From the IMG/VR virus record IMGVR_UViG_3300009481_000019, positions 1-48,411 of that record: 48,411 bases of DNA; one strand, given 5' to 3'. The position numbers were made by a program, and so were the translations under genes. Numbering within the stretch: the stretch's first letter is position 1; each line of letters starts with the position of its first letter. This DNA is from a virus. Taxonomy: Duplodnaviria > Caudoviricetes. The notes beneath the pieces are model-generated. The model ran no database searches. It was given only the letters and a program-made list of their open reading frames with translations, and was not told the origin of the DNA. This document shows positions 17,864 to 26,800 of the stretch, piece by piece.

Positions 17864-17901
17864 AATTTAAGTTATATTAACCATCTAAACATATAAAGAA
17901 T

Positions 17902-18297
17902 ATGCCCAGAAGTATTTACCAAGCAGGAAAAAAACAGCGCCGGAACCTTCAATCCCCATTCCAGGGACGAGGGAGCAGCGGAGGCGGAGGTGGAGGCAGT
18001 AGGTTTCGCAATACCTGGGGAACAGGCGGCAATGAAGGAAATTTCGCCGCATTCGAGTTTGATCGCTGGGAGGCCTTGCAACGAGCAGGGAAAGATCCAA
18101 GTAAATTTGCACAAGGAGTGGAAGACCGCTTCCGCTCTGAACGCATGGGGGTAGAAGGCCGAGCAAGGGCAGATCGCAACAGATCTTATCGCCGTGGTGT
18201 GATTAATAGATCCCGGGAAGGTCGTCGCCATGAACGGATGGCGAGGAGGGCGCACCAAAGAGGCAGAAGCTACAACGATTACTACGGGACGGCTTAA
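17902..18297 (+). CDS. Arg/Gly-rich hypothetical protein
   Basis: 131 aa; TAATG-coupled to the next gene. Confidence 0.65.
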   Translation: MPRSIYQAGKKQRRNLQSPFQGRGSSGGGGGGSRFRNTWGTGGNEGNFAAFEFDRWEALQRAGKDPSKFAQGVEDRFRSERMGVEGRARADRNRSYRRGVINRSREGRRHERMARRAHQRGRSYNDYYGTA

Positions 18298-18833
18298 TGG
18301 CGACTAGAGTTCCATATCAAGGCCGTCGATCAAGGACGATGGCTCGATCTGATCCTTCCGCCTGGGAGAGGTCAGTTCGTAAAAACGTCCAGCTTGGAGG
18401 CAAGTATCCCGTTCGCCTTTCCCAAGGTATGTCTTGGAGAGGGCATGGTGCATCTCCTGGGAACCGGGAAAAAAGAAAACTTGAACGCCATATGCGTCAC
18501 GCTCGTCAGGTGGCCAAGCGGGGCCAGGCTAAGGCTTTGGCTGATACCCAGAGAGAGCAGGATAAAATTGATTATTGGGATCGAGCCGATTTCGATACTC
18601 GCAGGGGTCGCACTTCCCGCAAGGCCAAGGAAGCCCGGAGAAAGAAATCTAAACGAGTTCCATTTGTGGGACAGCAGTGGAGAGCAGGACGAGCCAATAT
18701 CGCGGCAGCCCCGCCAGGGAAGAGCAAGGAAGAGATTTTTGCAGAGCGGTATCATAGGGAGCTGGCCGAAAGAGATGCTGCTGAGATCCAGCGGTTAGTA
18801 GAACGGGGTTTAACGTATAGAGACATAGCTTAG
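18297..18833 (+). CDS. Arg-rich hypothetical protein
   Basis: 178 aa; TAATG coupling. Confidence 0.65.
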   Translation: MATRVPYQGRRSRTMARSDPSAWERSVRKNVQLGGKYPVRLSQGMSWRGHGASPGNREKRKLERHMRHARQVAKRGQAKALADTQREQDKIDYWDRADFDTRRGRTSRKAKEARRKKSKRVPFVGQQWRAGRANIAAAPPGKSKEEIFAERYHRELAERDAAEIQRLVERGLTYRDIA

Positions 18834-18837
18834 ACAA

Positions 18838-18963
18838 ATGCCAAACGTAGCAGGAAAGAAATACCCGTATACCAAAGCGGGGAAGAAGGCAGCCGAGAGA
18901 GCCAGGAATAGGCTCAAGCGCATGAAGCCATCGGTGAGAAAGTATCGCAGCGCATCCTATTAG
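18838..18963 (+). CDS. small basic protein (41 aa; below the ORF-track cut-off)
   Basis: MPNVAGKKYPYTKAGKKAAERARNRLKRMKPSVRKYRSASY fills the gap exactly; resembles a common phage mini-protein motif. Confidence 0.7.
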   Translation: MPNVAGKKYPYTKAGKKAAERARNRLKRMKPSVRKYRSASY

Positions 18964-18967
18964 GTCA

Positions 18968-19468
18968 ATGCCTGAACTAAGATACACCCCCCGCGAGAGG
19001 GAAAAGCTCAAGGCCAAGCGCCTGAAGAGGATGAAGCCTTCTGCCCGGAACGAGCCGATTGATCGTGGCAGGGAACTAAGCGGGATCGGAACCCGAGGTC
19101 ACGCCAAACGCTATCCCTATGTCAACCCTCCCAGGGGCAACCCCAAGGATATCCTGGCGATGAGGAAGCAGAACAAAGCCAAGGCAATGGCCGAGCTGGA
19201 AGCACTCCAGAGGGCGCTCGATGAGGGCAAGGTTTCACCTAGAGAGATCAGAACAGGAGGCATGGCCGACAGGGTCAAGAAGCTCCGGCAGATAGTCAAC
19301 GAGCCTGACCCTACGCCTAGAGAGCGACCAAGGGGATACAGGCCATACAATCCCGACAGCCCGGACGATCCACCATACGAGGTTCATGGGGCTACCGGCA
19401 TCCCGACAGCTTACCCCCACAATCCTCAAGACGTTGGCCCACCAGGTAAACCGAGAGGGAAGAGATAA
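18968..19468 (+). CDS. basic hypothetical protein
   Basis: 166 aa; shares RLKRMKPS with the upstream mini-ORF. Confidence 0.65.
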   Translation: MPELRYTPREREKLKAKRLKRMKPSARNEPIDRGRELSGIGTRGHAKRYPYVNPPRGNPKDILAMRKQNKAKAMAELEALQRALDEGKVSPREIRTGGMADRVKKLRQIVNEPDPTPRERPRGYRPYNPDSPDDPPYEVHGATGIPTAYPHNPQDVGPPGKPRGKR

Positions 19469-20076
19469 TGTCGTTACCGAAGTCCAAAAGAGGCAAGAAG
19501 ATGATCGAGGACATGAAATATCGTCCTCCTTATCGCCATGCCTATCTCGCTCCCATGTTGAGGGCGATGAACTATGAAACTCATCCCCGGTCAAAGAAAC
19601 CCATCACCAGGAGAAGTGGAGGCAAGCCAATCCCCAGGAACGAACCGATGGACGATTGGAGGACAGGGACAGCAAAGGGCAATCTCGACATTTACGATGC
19701 GCCTCGACGCTTTAACTGGAGTGCAGCCGATTACGGGACAGAGGGCAGGAGAGGAACCAAGGCCGGAACAAAGATGGCCAGGGACTATGATTCAGCCGAT
19801 GCCAGAGCCATCCGGGCAGCGAAGAGGCGGAAGAGAATTGATAGGGAAGAGCTAGAGGATTCAATCGACAAGCCATTGCCTCCTGGACTACTTGAACAGT
19901 TGCGTAAGAATCTTCTGGAGAACCCTCGCCGGTTGGATAATCAAGAGAGAAACAAGCTCAAAGAACATTCATCCCATCATAGTTCCAAGCACATGGATTT
20001 TATGAAACAGCGCATGATGGCCGGAGACACTTTTGCTCAGGCTCATAAACAAGCACAAGCGAAAGCGGGGAAGTAA
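19468..20076 (+). CDS. basic hypothetical protein
   Basis: 202 aa; C-terminal HSSHHSSKHM...GDTFAQAHKQA motif; TAATG coupling at both ends. Confidence 0.7.
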   Translation: MSLPKSKRGKKMIEDMKYRPPYRHAYLAPMLRAMNYETHPRSKKPITRRSGGKPIPRNEPMDDWRTGTAKGNLDIYDAPRRFNWSAADYGTEGRRGTKAGTKMARDYDSADARAIRAAKRRKRIDREELEDSIDKPLPPGLLEQLRKNLLENPRRLDNQERNKLKEHSSHHSSKHMDFMKQRMMAGDTFAQAHKQAQAKAGK

Positions 20077-20524
20077 TGGCAAAACCAAAGGACAAGGCTG
20101 CCAAATTTAGAACCTATCGCCAGAAGAAGGGGTTCAAGACTGTAGACGGCAAGAAAGTTTCTATCTACGGAAAGCCGAAGCGAATTGAACCTGCCAATGA
20201 GGGCTGGCCTCATCAAGATCCTAGGCGAGAGGGAGGCATTGAGGGGCAAGAGCGTGGGTATCTACAGCTACCTAACACAACCTGGAATCCGATTAAGAGA
20301 AAAAGAGTCGATGGTCAAGACTCAGGTCTATGGAATCCAGAACCAGAAGCCAGGCAGATGCTTGAGGACTGGCAATGGAAAAACCATCCCAGAGACAAAA
20401 AGCGCCGAGAGATAGAAGGGATTAACAAGACGCTTCGCAAGACCAACTCCGGGCAGATCGACCTCAAGAGGCACACAAGGCACACAAGGCGAACGGGAGG
20501 CAAGCCAATCCCCAGGAACGAACC
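19618..20524 (+). repeat. 29-bp exact repeat shared by two adjacent genes (19618-19646 and 20496-20524)
   Basis: GGAGGCAAGCCAATCCCCAGGAACGAACC, encoding GGKPIPRNEP in both genes. Confidence 0.9.
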
Positions 20525-20918
20525 TATGAATCCTTTCCTTGCCGGTAAGGGGGAGAGTATGTTGAGAAAGTATTACCCGGAAGGGGAAGAGCGAAAGCAT
20601 AGAGGTGTTCCCTATCAAAGCGATGAGCCATTACGGAGAGGGCCAAGAGGGACTAAGCCCGGAACCAGGATGTCCAAGGAGGCCTGGGAGAAAAAACGCA
20701 AACGGTTACAGATGGAAATGGAGGAAGAGGCGCGGCGGAAGATGGAGGATGATGAGTTTGCACGTTGGAAGCAGCGTTGGGATCAACAAAACCCCGAGGT
20801 AAGAGGGGAAGACCCAGAAGATAGGCGATTGCATATGTGGCTCGATAGACGGGATTTTGAGCAAGGGGGAAGGAACCTGCCTAGAAACCCCCGCAAAAAG
20901 GGTGTAGGGTTCGGATAA
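20076..20918 (+). CDS. basic hypothetical protein
   Basis: 280 aa, R/K/E-rich. Confidence 0.7.
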   Translation: MAKPKDKAAKFRTYRQKKGFKTVDGKKVSIYGKPKRIEPANEGWPHQDPRREGGIEGQERGYLQLPNTTWNPIKRKRVDGQDSGLWNPEPEARQMLEDWQWKNHPRDKKRREIEGINKTLRKTNSGQIDLKRHTRHTRRTGGKPIPRNEPMNPFLAGKGESMLRKYYPEGEERKHRGVPYQSDEPLRRGPRGTKPGTRMSKEAWEKKRKRLQMEMEEEARRKMEDDEFARWKQRWDQQNPEVRGEDPEDRRLHMWLDRRDFEQGGRNLPRNPRKKGVGFG

Positions 20919-20966
20919 CAATTTAATAGCCACGGCTGTCTCGCAGCCAAACAAGAACACATAGCC

Positions 20967-21254
20967 ATGAGCATTAGCGCCAATACCCTTAACGATACCC
21001 ATCACCACACGAACCGACAATCCTTCGGAGCTGCCGGTGTAATCTTAATAGATGATACGGTTGCACATACCGGCCCATTCGTTGCCATCCAGGCATTAGT
21101 GGATTCCACGGTGGATATATCTGAATGCGATATGTCATTTATCGAAGATGTCGCTGACTTCACAATTCCGAAGGGGATGACCATCTATGGTGAATTCACC
21201 TCTATCGAATTAGATGCCGATGGCAAGGTCTTAGCTTACTACAAGTCTCGCTAG
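20967..21254 (+). CDS. small conserved virion-associated protein
   Basis: GPFVAIQAL...IPKGMTIYGEFTSIEL..GKVLAY beta-rich motif often seen next to tail-fibre genes. Confidence 0.65.
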   Translation: MSISANTLNDTHHHTNRQSFGAAGVILIDDTVAHTGPFVAIQALVDSTVDISECDMSFIEDVADFTIPKGMTIYGEFTSIELDADGKVLAYYKSR

Positions 21255-21256
21255 TC

Positions 21257-22243
21257 ATGCCCCCTGGACTAGGATTAGGTGGCGGTGCATCCGCTGACCC
21301 GGCAAGCACACTGTTTGCCAGCACCCCCTTGCTGTTGGATACCTATCCGAATGCCCATAGGGCATACTCGGTGCGTAAGTTATCGAATGACTATTCGGGG
21401 TATGCGTTGAAACTTAGACGAACAGACAACGAAACCGCTGATGTCAACTTCGATGACAACGGGCGTGTATCAGATGACTCTATAATTGCTAACCCATCTG
21501 GAGGAGTTTCTGTATCAGATTTAGATACTTGGGTGGGCAGCGACGATGCTTTTTGCACGACTTGGTATGATCAGTCAGGGGAGGGCGTAAACGCCACACA
21601 AGATGAGGCCGCTAAACAGCCCAAGCTATACAGCAGTGGAAACCTTGAAACGTCAGGGTCGGCCTCTGTAGCCAGCTTAAAGTTTGATGGGAGTAATGAT
21701 AATTTTCATTTTAATGAGTCGGGACTCACTTTAAGGGATATAACCACATTTTTATGTATAGAAGCTGATTCAGATCACGCTACAGCGGCGACTATCCGTT
21801 GCCCTATTGCCTTTACGATTTGGTATGCTAGTCCCCAAACCTATTATGCACTTCTTTTACGGGCTGACCCTTATAGGACAGTGGGGGCAGAATATGAGTA
21901 TTGGTATGATCTTATAGCGACATCAAAACCAGCTTTCGCAGAGTCCACTGCAAGGCAACCACATATCGTGACTTTAACCGGAGGGTCAGGGACAGATAAA
22001 CAGATATTTTATCTTGATCAAACGGCCAGCACCGTAAAGGCAGATTCTACCGCCACTCGCTCACTCTTAGGAGAGGGGACAACCAGCCAAAAGAATGGCA
22101 TTGGTGCTTATAACGATGGAGGAAGCCCTGGCTATGCATGGAAGGGGGACATACAGGAGGTTATTGTCTATGACTCCGATGTATCTGCTAATCGTGCAAA
22201 CATTGAAGACGACATGAACGCTGTATTTGGAGCTTATTCATAA
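21257..22243 (+). CDS. tail fibre / receptor-binding protein with ConA/LamG-like lectin domain
   Basis: AYSVRKL..Y.G.ALKLRR, TTWYDQSG..ATQ...QP, LKFDGSND and GDIQEVIVY motifs. Confidence 0.7.
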   Translation: MPPGLGLGGGASADPASTLFASTPLLLDTYPNAHRAYSVRKLSNDYSGYALKLRRTDNETADVNFDDNGRVSDDSIIANPSGGVSVSDLDTWVGSDDAFCTTWYDQSGEGVNATQDEAAKQPKLYSSGNLETSGSASVASLKFDGSNDNFHFNESGLTLRDITTFLCIEADSDHATAATIRCPIAFTIWYASPQTYYALLLRADPYRTVGAEYEYWYDLIATSKPAFAESTARQPHIVTLTGGSGTDKQIFYLDQTASTVKADSTATRSLLGEGTTSQKNGIGAYNDGGSPGYAWKGDIQEVIVYDSDVSANRANIEDDMNAVFGAYS

Positions 22244-22503
22244 TGCCTTATTTAATTTTTAACAGTCCCGATGACGCTATTAGTCGCGCTGACCAAGCCG
22301 GTAAGGATAAGCCCTTACCCTATCACCGAGGAGACAATGACCCGACCCGTTATATGTGGTCGCAGTTATTTGAGCATGGCGATAACCCCCGTGGAGCCTT
22401 GATGATTGACGAGGAGCAGGGCTTGCTAACCGACGACGAAAAGGATGCTTTAGTCAATGAGCTACCCGCCGATTGGAATCATCCACCAAATCCTTTTGAG
22501 TAA
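22243..22503 (+). CDS. hypothetical protein (tail-fibre associated)
   Basis: 86 aa, TAATG-coupled to both neighbours. Confidence 0.65.
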   Translation: MPYLIFNSPDDAISRADQAGKDKPLPYHRGDNDPTRYMWSQLFEHGDNPRGALMIDEEQGLLTDDEKDALVNELPADWNHPPNPFE

Positions 22504-22853
22504 TGAAGGCGCTTCTCACGGCCTTTCTCCTGGGGCTTGCGATCTGCCAGGCGGATCCACCTACGCCGGAACTAACTACGTTCTACGACCACACTGAGGA
22601 AGTGTTTGGTATGTGGTGGGTGAGCGCCGGAGCAGAATACAATTATACCCTGGAGGCCAATGAGCTGGATGGGTTCGGATGGTTTACGGTGGCGACATGG
22701 GTTGCTCCTGCCAAGAATTCGGTGATGTCAGGCTACACCTACATTCAGTGGGAGAACGCAGCCATAGCGAGAGTCCGAGCCTACCTGGCTTCTCCTTCCC
22801 CAACGCCCCGAGATAATGCAAGGTGGAAAATACTAACCCCGGTAGAGTGGTGA
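22503..22853 (+). CDS. secreted/periplasmic hypothetical protein
   Basis: Signal-peptide-like MKALLTAFLLGLAICQA. Confidence 0.6.
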   Translation: MKALLTAFLLGLAICQADPPTPELTTFYDHTEEVFGMWWVSAGAEYNYTLEANELDGFGWFTVATWVAPAKNSVMSGYTYIQWENAAIARVRAYLASPSPTPRDNARWKILTPVEW

Positions 22854-23158
22854 ACCTGGATTGGAATAAGATCGTATGCAATGCCATCACTGTCTTAGTT
22901 GCATCTGTTTTTGTCGGCGCAACCGCTCAACTCTGGTCAGGAGTCCAATCTATCGATTCCAGGATTGAGTCTAACCTGGCTGAGATCAAGGTCACCCAGG
23001 AGGTGCTGACCGGGCAGGTTGACAAGCTCACCGGCAAGCTGGCTGAGATATTGCCTTTGATCATCCCGGATGATACATTCAACAAGCCGACCAAGGGAAC
23101 CAAGGAACTAATCGATGAGCGAAGAATCCAACAGCAAGTCCAGCAGCGTGGATACTAA
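22850..23158 (+). CDS. TM plus coiled-coil protein (possible lysis or spanin-like)
   Basis: GTGA overlap start; one hydrophobic helix followed by heptad-rich sequence. Confidence 0.5.
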   Translation: MNLDWNKIVCNAITVLVASVFVGATAQLWSGVQSIDSRIESNLAEIKVTQEVLTGQVDKLTGKLAEILPLIIPDDTFNKPTKGTKELIDERRIQQQVQQRGY

Positions 23159-23471
23159 GTTCGCCATTACCCTGGGCATCGGCCTGGCAGTCCAAGCAGC
23201 AGGTATTGTTTGGTTCATCGCCAATCTTAACTCCTCAGTGCAGCACAATGGCTACCGGGTGGAGATGCTACAGCGGGAGATCCGGGCAGACATAGGGACT
23301 ATCGGCAAGGAGATGGCTGAGAACTCGCGCTTCAGAACAGAGTGGCCACAAGGCGTTTATTTGAGTGGTGAATTGCCTTCGGATACCAGGCAGAACCTCA
23401 AGATCGAGACTCTGGAAAAGCAGATGGACAAGGTAATGACCAAGCTCTACAACGGCCATTCCAATCCGTAA
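23115..23471 (+). CDS. TM plus coiled-coil protein
   Basis: FAITLGIGLAVQAAGIVWFIA TM segment followed by a coiled coil. Confidence 0.6.
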   Translation: MSEESNSKSSSVDTKFAITLGIGLAVQAAGIVWFIANLNSSVQHNGYRVEMLQREIRADIGTIGKEMAENSRFRTEWPQGVYLSGELPSDTRQNLKIETLEKQMDKVMTKLYNGHSNP

Positions 23472-23797
23472 GAATAAGATGAGAAGACAAGCCAAAATGC
23501 CTCCCAGGAATAAAAGAAATTACAGACCGACAGGGGCTGGAGCTGGGATGACACAAGCCGGGGTTGCTGCTTACAGGAGAGCCAATCCTGGATCAAAGCT
23601 CAAAACAGCCGTGACGGGAAAGGTGGAGCCTGGATCAAAGGCTGCAAAACGCAGAAGATCCTTTTGTGCTAGATCACTTGGGCAGCTTAAACAATCTTCT
23701 GCCAAGACTCGGAATGACCCAAATTCTCGCATCCGACAAGCGCGAAGAAGATGGAGATGCTAATGGTCACAACGACCATTCTAATCCGTAAGAATAA
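23449..23797 (+). repeat. 29-bp direct repeat (23449-23477 and 23769-23797) flanking one gene
   Basis: ACAACG(G/A)CCATTC(C/T)AATCCGTAAGAATAA, 2 mismatches. Confidence 0.85.
23479..23763 (+). CDS. basic conserved phage protein (DUF6321-like)
   Basis: GMTQAGVAAYRRANPGSKLKTAVTG...KRRRSFCARS...NDPNSRIRQARRRWRC. Confidence 0.75.
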   Translation: MRRQAKMPPRNKRNYRPTGAGAGMTQAGVAAYRRANPGSKLKTAVTGKVEPGSKAAKRRRSFCARSLGQLKQSSAKTRNDPNSRIRQARRRWRC

Positions 23798-23810
23798 TAT
23801 TTCAGTCCTG

Positions 23811-23839
23811 TTGAAAGTATGGATTTCCTAGATTAAATT
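23811..23839 (+). promoter_or_regulatory. putative promoter of the giant gene
   Basis: TTGAAA-N17-TAAATT, 20 nt upstream of the ATG. Confidence 0.5.
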
Positions 23840-23859
23840 CCAGCTTCGGGTTTCTCTTC

Positions 23860-26800
23860 ATGGCTAACGGTCAGAATCCATTTAAACGACAAGGTCAACC
23901 TCCTGGGAATCCTCCCAAGGGGGATGCCCCCTATTATCCTACTAAGGAAGAGATGGAAGCAGCATCTCAACGCCCATTGGGGACTCCCAGCCCGTGGAGT
24001 AGGCAGAATAGACGCAAGTGGGATGCCGAGAGAAAGCTCCAGCAACAGAAGGCTGCCGAGCAGCGGGAGATAAACCGGGTCAATGCCCGGCAGGACAAGG
24101 CCAATGCCGATGCCCTGGCTGATGCCAAGGCTCAGTTTATCCGCCAGCAAGGCGTAGATCCCAAGGACGTTGACAGGATCGATGTCGATCCCCAGGGGGG
24201 ATTAAGGATGCTTCTGAAGAGAAAGTTCCTTCGGCATGAGATTGACAAGGATACCGGGGAAACCCAGGCCATCTTCAGAAACAAGAACAACCAGGAGGAG
24301 AGGCATAATGTTCTCAATAAGGCCGGGAAGCCGATCAAGGATGCCGGGTTGAAGCTAGACCGCTCCACCGGCCATCAGTATGTAGACATCGAAGGGACAA
24401 GGCACATCGTCCGAAAGAACCTTGCCCTAAAAGAGTATTACGACTACAAGGCCAAGGAAAACAAGGCAAGGAGGGAAGAGCAGGATGCCTTGGATGTTCA
24501 AGGCGATTTGGAAGAGTCTCTGGATAGAGCTAATACTGAGATAAAAGCAACCGAAAAGTGGCTGTCTGATATAGCCAAACGGAAGCAGAAACCGGGCGAC
24601 ATCGAGCTTGTCGATGAAAAGAAGAAAGAGCTGGAGGCTCTCACAAAGGACAGGGATAGAATTTACGAGCAGCACAAAGGCGCTACAACCGATTACCGAA
24701 AAAAGAGATCAGCGCATAGTCGATTGGAGGACAATCCCGTCCAATACCGGACGGCAATAGACTTCCCCAGGTATTCGGCAATAGCCCCACCGTCTGATGG
24801 TGAAGATGAGGAGACAGTCGGAGCCAGAGGCAGCCTTGGCATTCAAGGCGATGCTTATGAGAGCGAGGATCCGCCCATCCAGGTTGAGGGGACTTCATTG
24901 AAGGTGGATCCCTACGAGGGGTATTACAAGTCAGAGATCACGATCCCTGGGGGATACACTCAGCATTTTTACATTCCCAAGATGGCCGGGAAGAAGATGG
25001 CTCACACGGCAAAGGATAGAGTCAGCTACAACAAGGTGGTCAAGGAAGAGCTACGCAAGGGGACTCCTGCTCGGGAGGCACATAACAAGGCGCTGAAAAA
25101 GTATCCCATGACCCTGACGGGGAAGGATGGAAGGAAGGCAGAACTGGAGCGCCTGGAGAATGAGTATGCCAAGCTAGAAAAGGAGTGGGAAGAATTTACA
25201 AGGAAGACTGACCCGGCTACGGGAGTGCCAGAGCAAGCACAATCATCGATCCAGCAAGCGCAAGAGATTCAAGGCAGGTTGAACCAAGTGAAGGAGGAGC
25301 TGGACGCTGCCCGGCGGATGGCATCTTCTCGCCCGGCATTGGCTGCCAGGGCAGGGCTTCCTGCCGGGACTTTGACCGATCCCCGGATTCGCCTTCACGC
25401 CATTGGTGAGGCTGCCAGGTCTGAAACTAGCGCCGTGGACAAGGCGATAGCTATTAGGAAGCGCCTCATTGAGGCCATAGATATTAGTGACTCGGAAGGC
25501 AAGCAGAGGCTAAAGAATCTCCAGGACGGACTGAGGAGTCTTGAGGCGAGGAAGGAAAGCATAGCAACAACCCTTAATGCGGATATCTATAAACGATTAG
25601 GGCCAGTGGACGGAGCCACGCTTTCCGTTCCGATTCAAACGAAGTATGATGCGATCAACGCACTGAAGGCTGACGAGGGCGAAAAGAAAGACCTAAAAAA
25701 TCAAGCAGAGGCTCACGAATACACCATGATCGTCCGGGAGATGTCGGCGGGAGTGGACAACCATCCTGGTCGCAGGGAAGCTCTATTGCACTTGCTCAAG
25801 GGATACCGGGGAGCAGACCCGAATGTTTTAAACAACAAGGCATTAAAAGACATAGGCAAGTCAGGCCTCCCTTGGAACGAGAAGCGATCTAATCTGGAGT
25901 ATGCCCTGGAGAAACTTTCCGGGACGGGAGCATTGAAACACGTTGACCAGGATCTCAACAAGCAGGAGCTGATTGCCATTGGGCATCACCTCTCACGCCT
26001 GGGAGTTAAGGGAGTTCCCGAGGTGGTAATGAGGAGGGAGTTTGAAGAGATATCCCAAGAGGCATTGGAGGATTTTGGCAACAAAAGAGGCAACGAGCTT
26101 TGGCCGTCCACCGGAGGCTTGGTGTTGGAGGATGGCGAATGGAAGCAAAGGAGGAAGGATGTAGGAGGCCTTTACTTGCCCCTTAGTCCCATGCGGTCTG
26201 TAGAGTGGCAGGGCGAACTGGCCTTAAAGAAGGCTGAGTCTCATAGGCCTCCGGTGATCGAGCCAAACTCGGCAGAGGAGCTGGCATCCTGGGTTCAAGA
26301 AAACATTATCCCCTTCCGCCATGTGTTTAAGAGCGGTCATCAGAAGTGGGCGGAGGCCAACCGGACAACATTTGAGGACGAGGGAACCGCCTGGAAGAAG
26401 ATCGTTTACGACAAGGAATCCAACGCCGGGTATTACTTTCGATACAAGCCCCAGAGCAAGGGGCAGGTCATGCAGTTCAAGGTTGACCAGGAGCTTGGCG
26501 ATGTAACCAATCCTGGCAAGGTTATAGATTGGACTATCCCGAAGGGTGTCCACAAAGCACCCGGTCAGCTTGGGGAGAAGATGCTGAGTCATGTGTCCGA
26601 GAACCTGGGGGTTGCTGCTCCCTGGATGTCCATGGAGACTTTGAAGTCTGCAACAAGTCGATTCGCAAGGGACACCATTAAGGTTGTGAACTCGATGGGT
26701 TATGGCGCTTCTCTTACAGCAGCCAAGGTGTGGGGTGATCCAGGCGCTATGGAAGCCGTCATGGCCGTCCAAAGGAAGAATGACGAGCAACTTGACGAGG

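Noticed and set aside
20470-20490. GGCACACAA tandem repeat
   Set aside because: An in-frame 9-bp duplication (RHTRHT), too short to imply phase variation.
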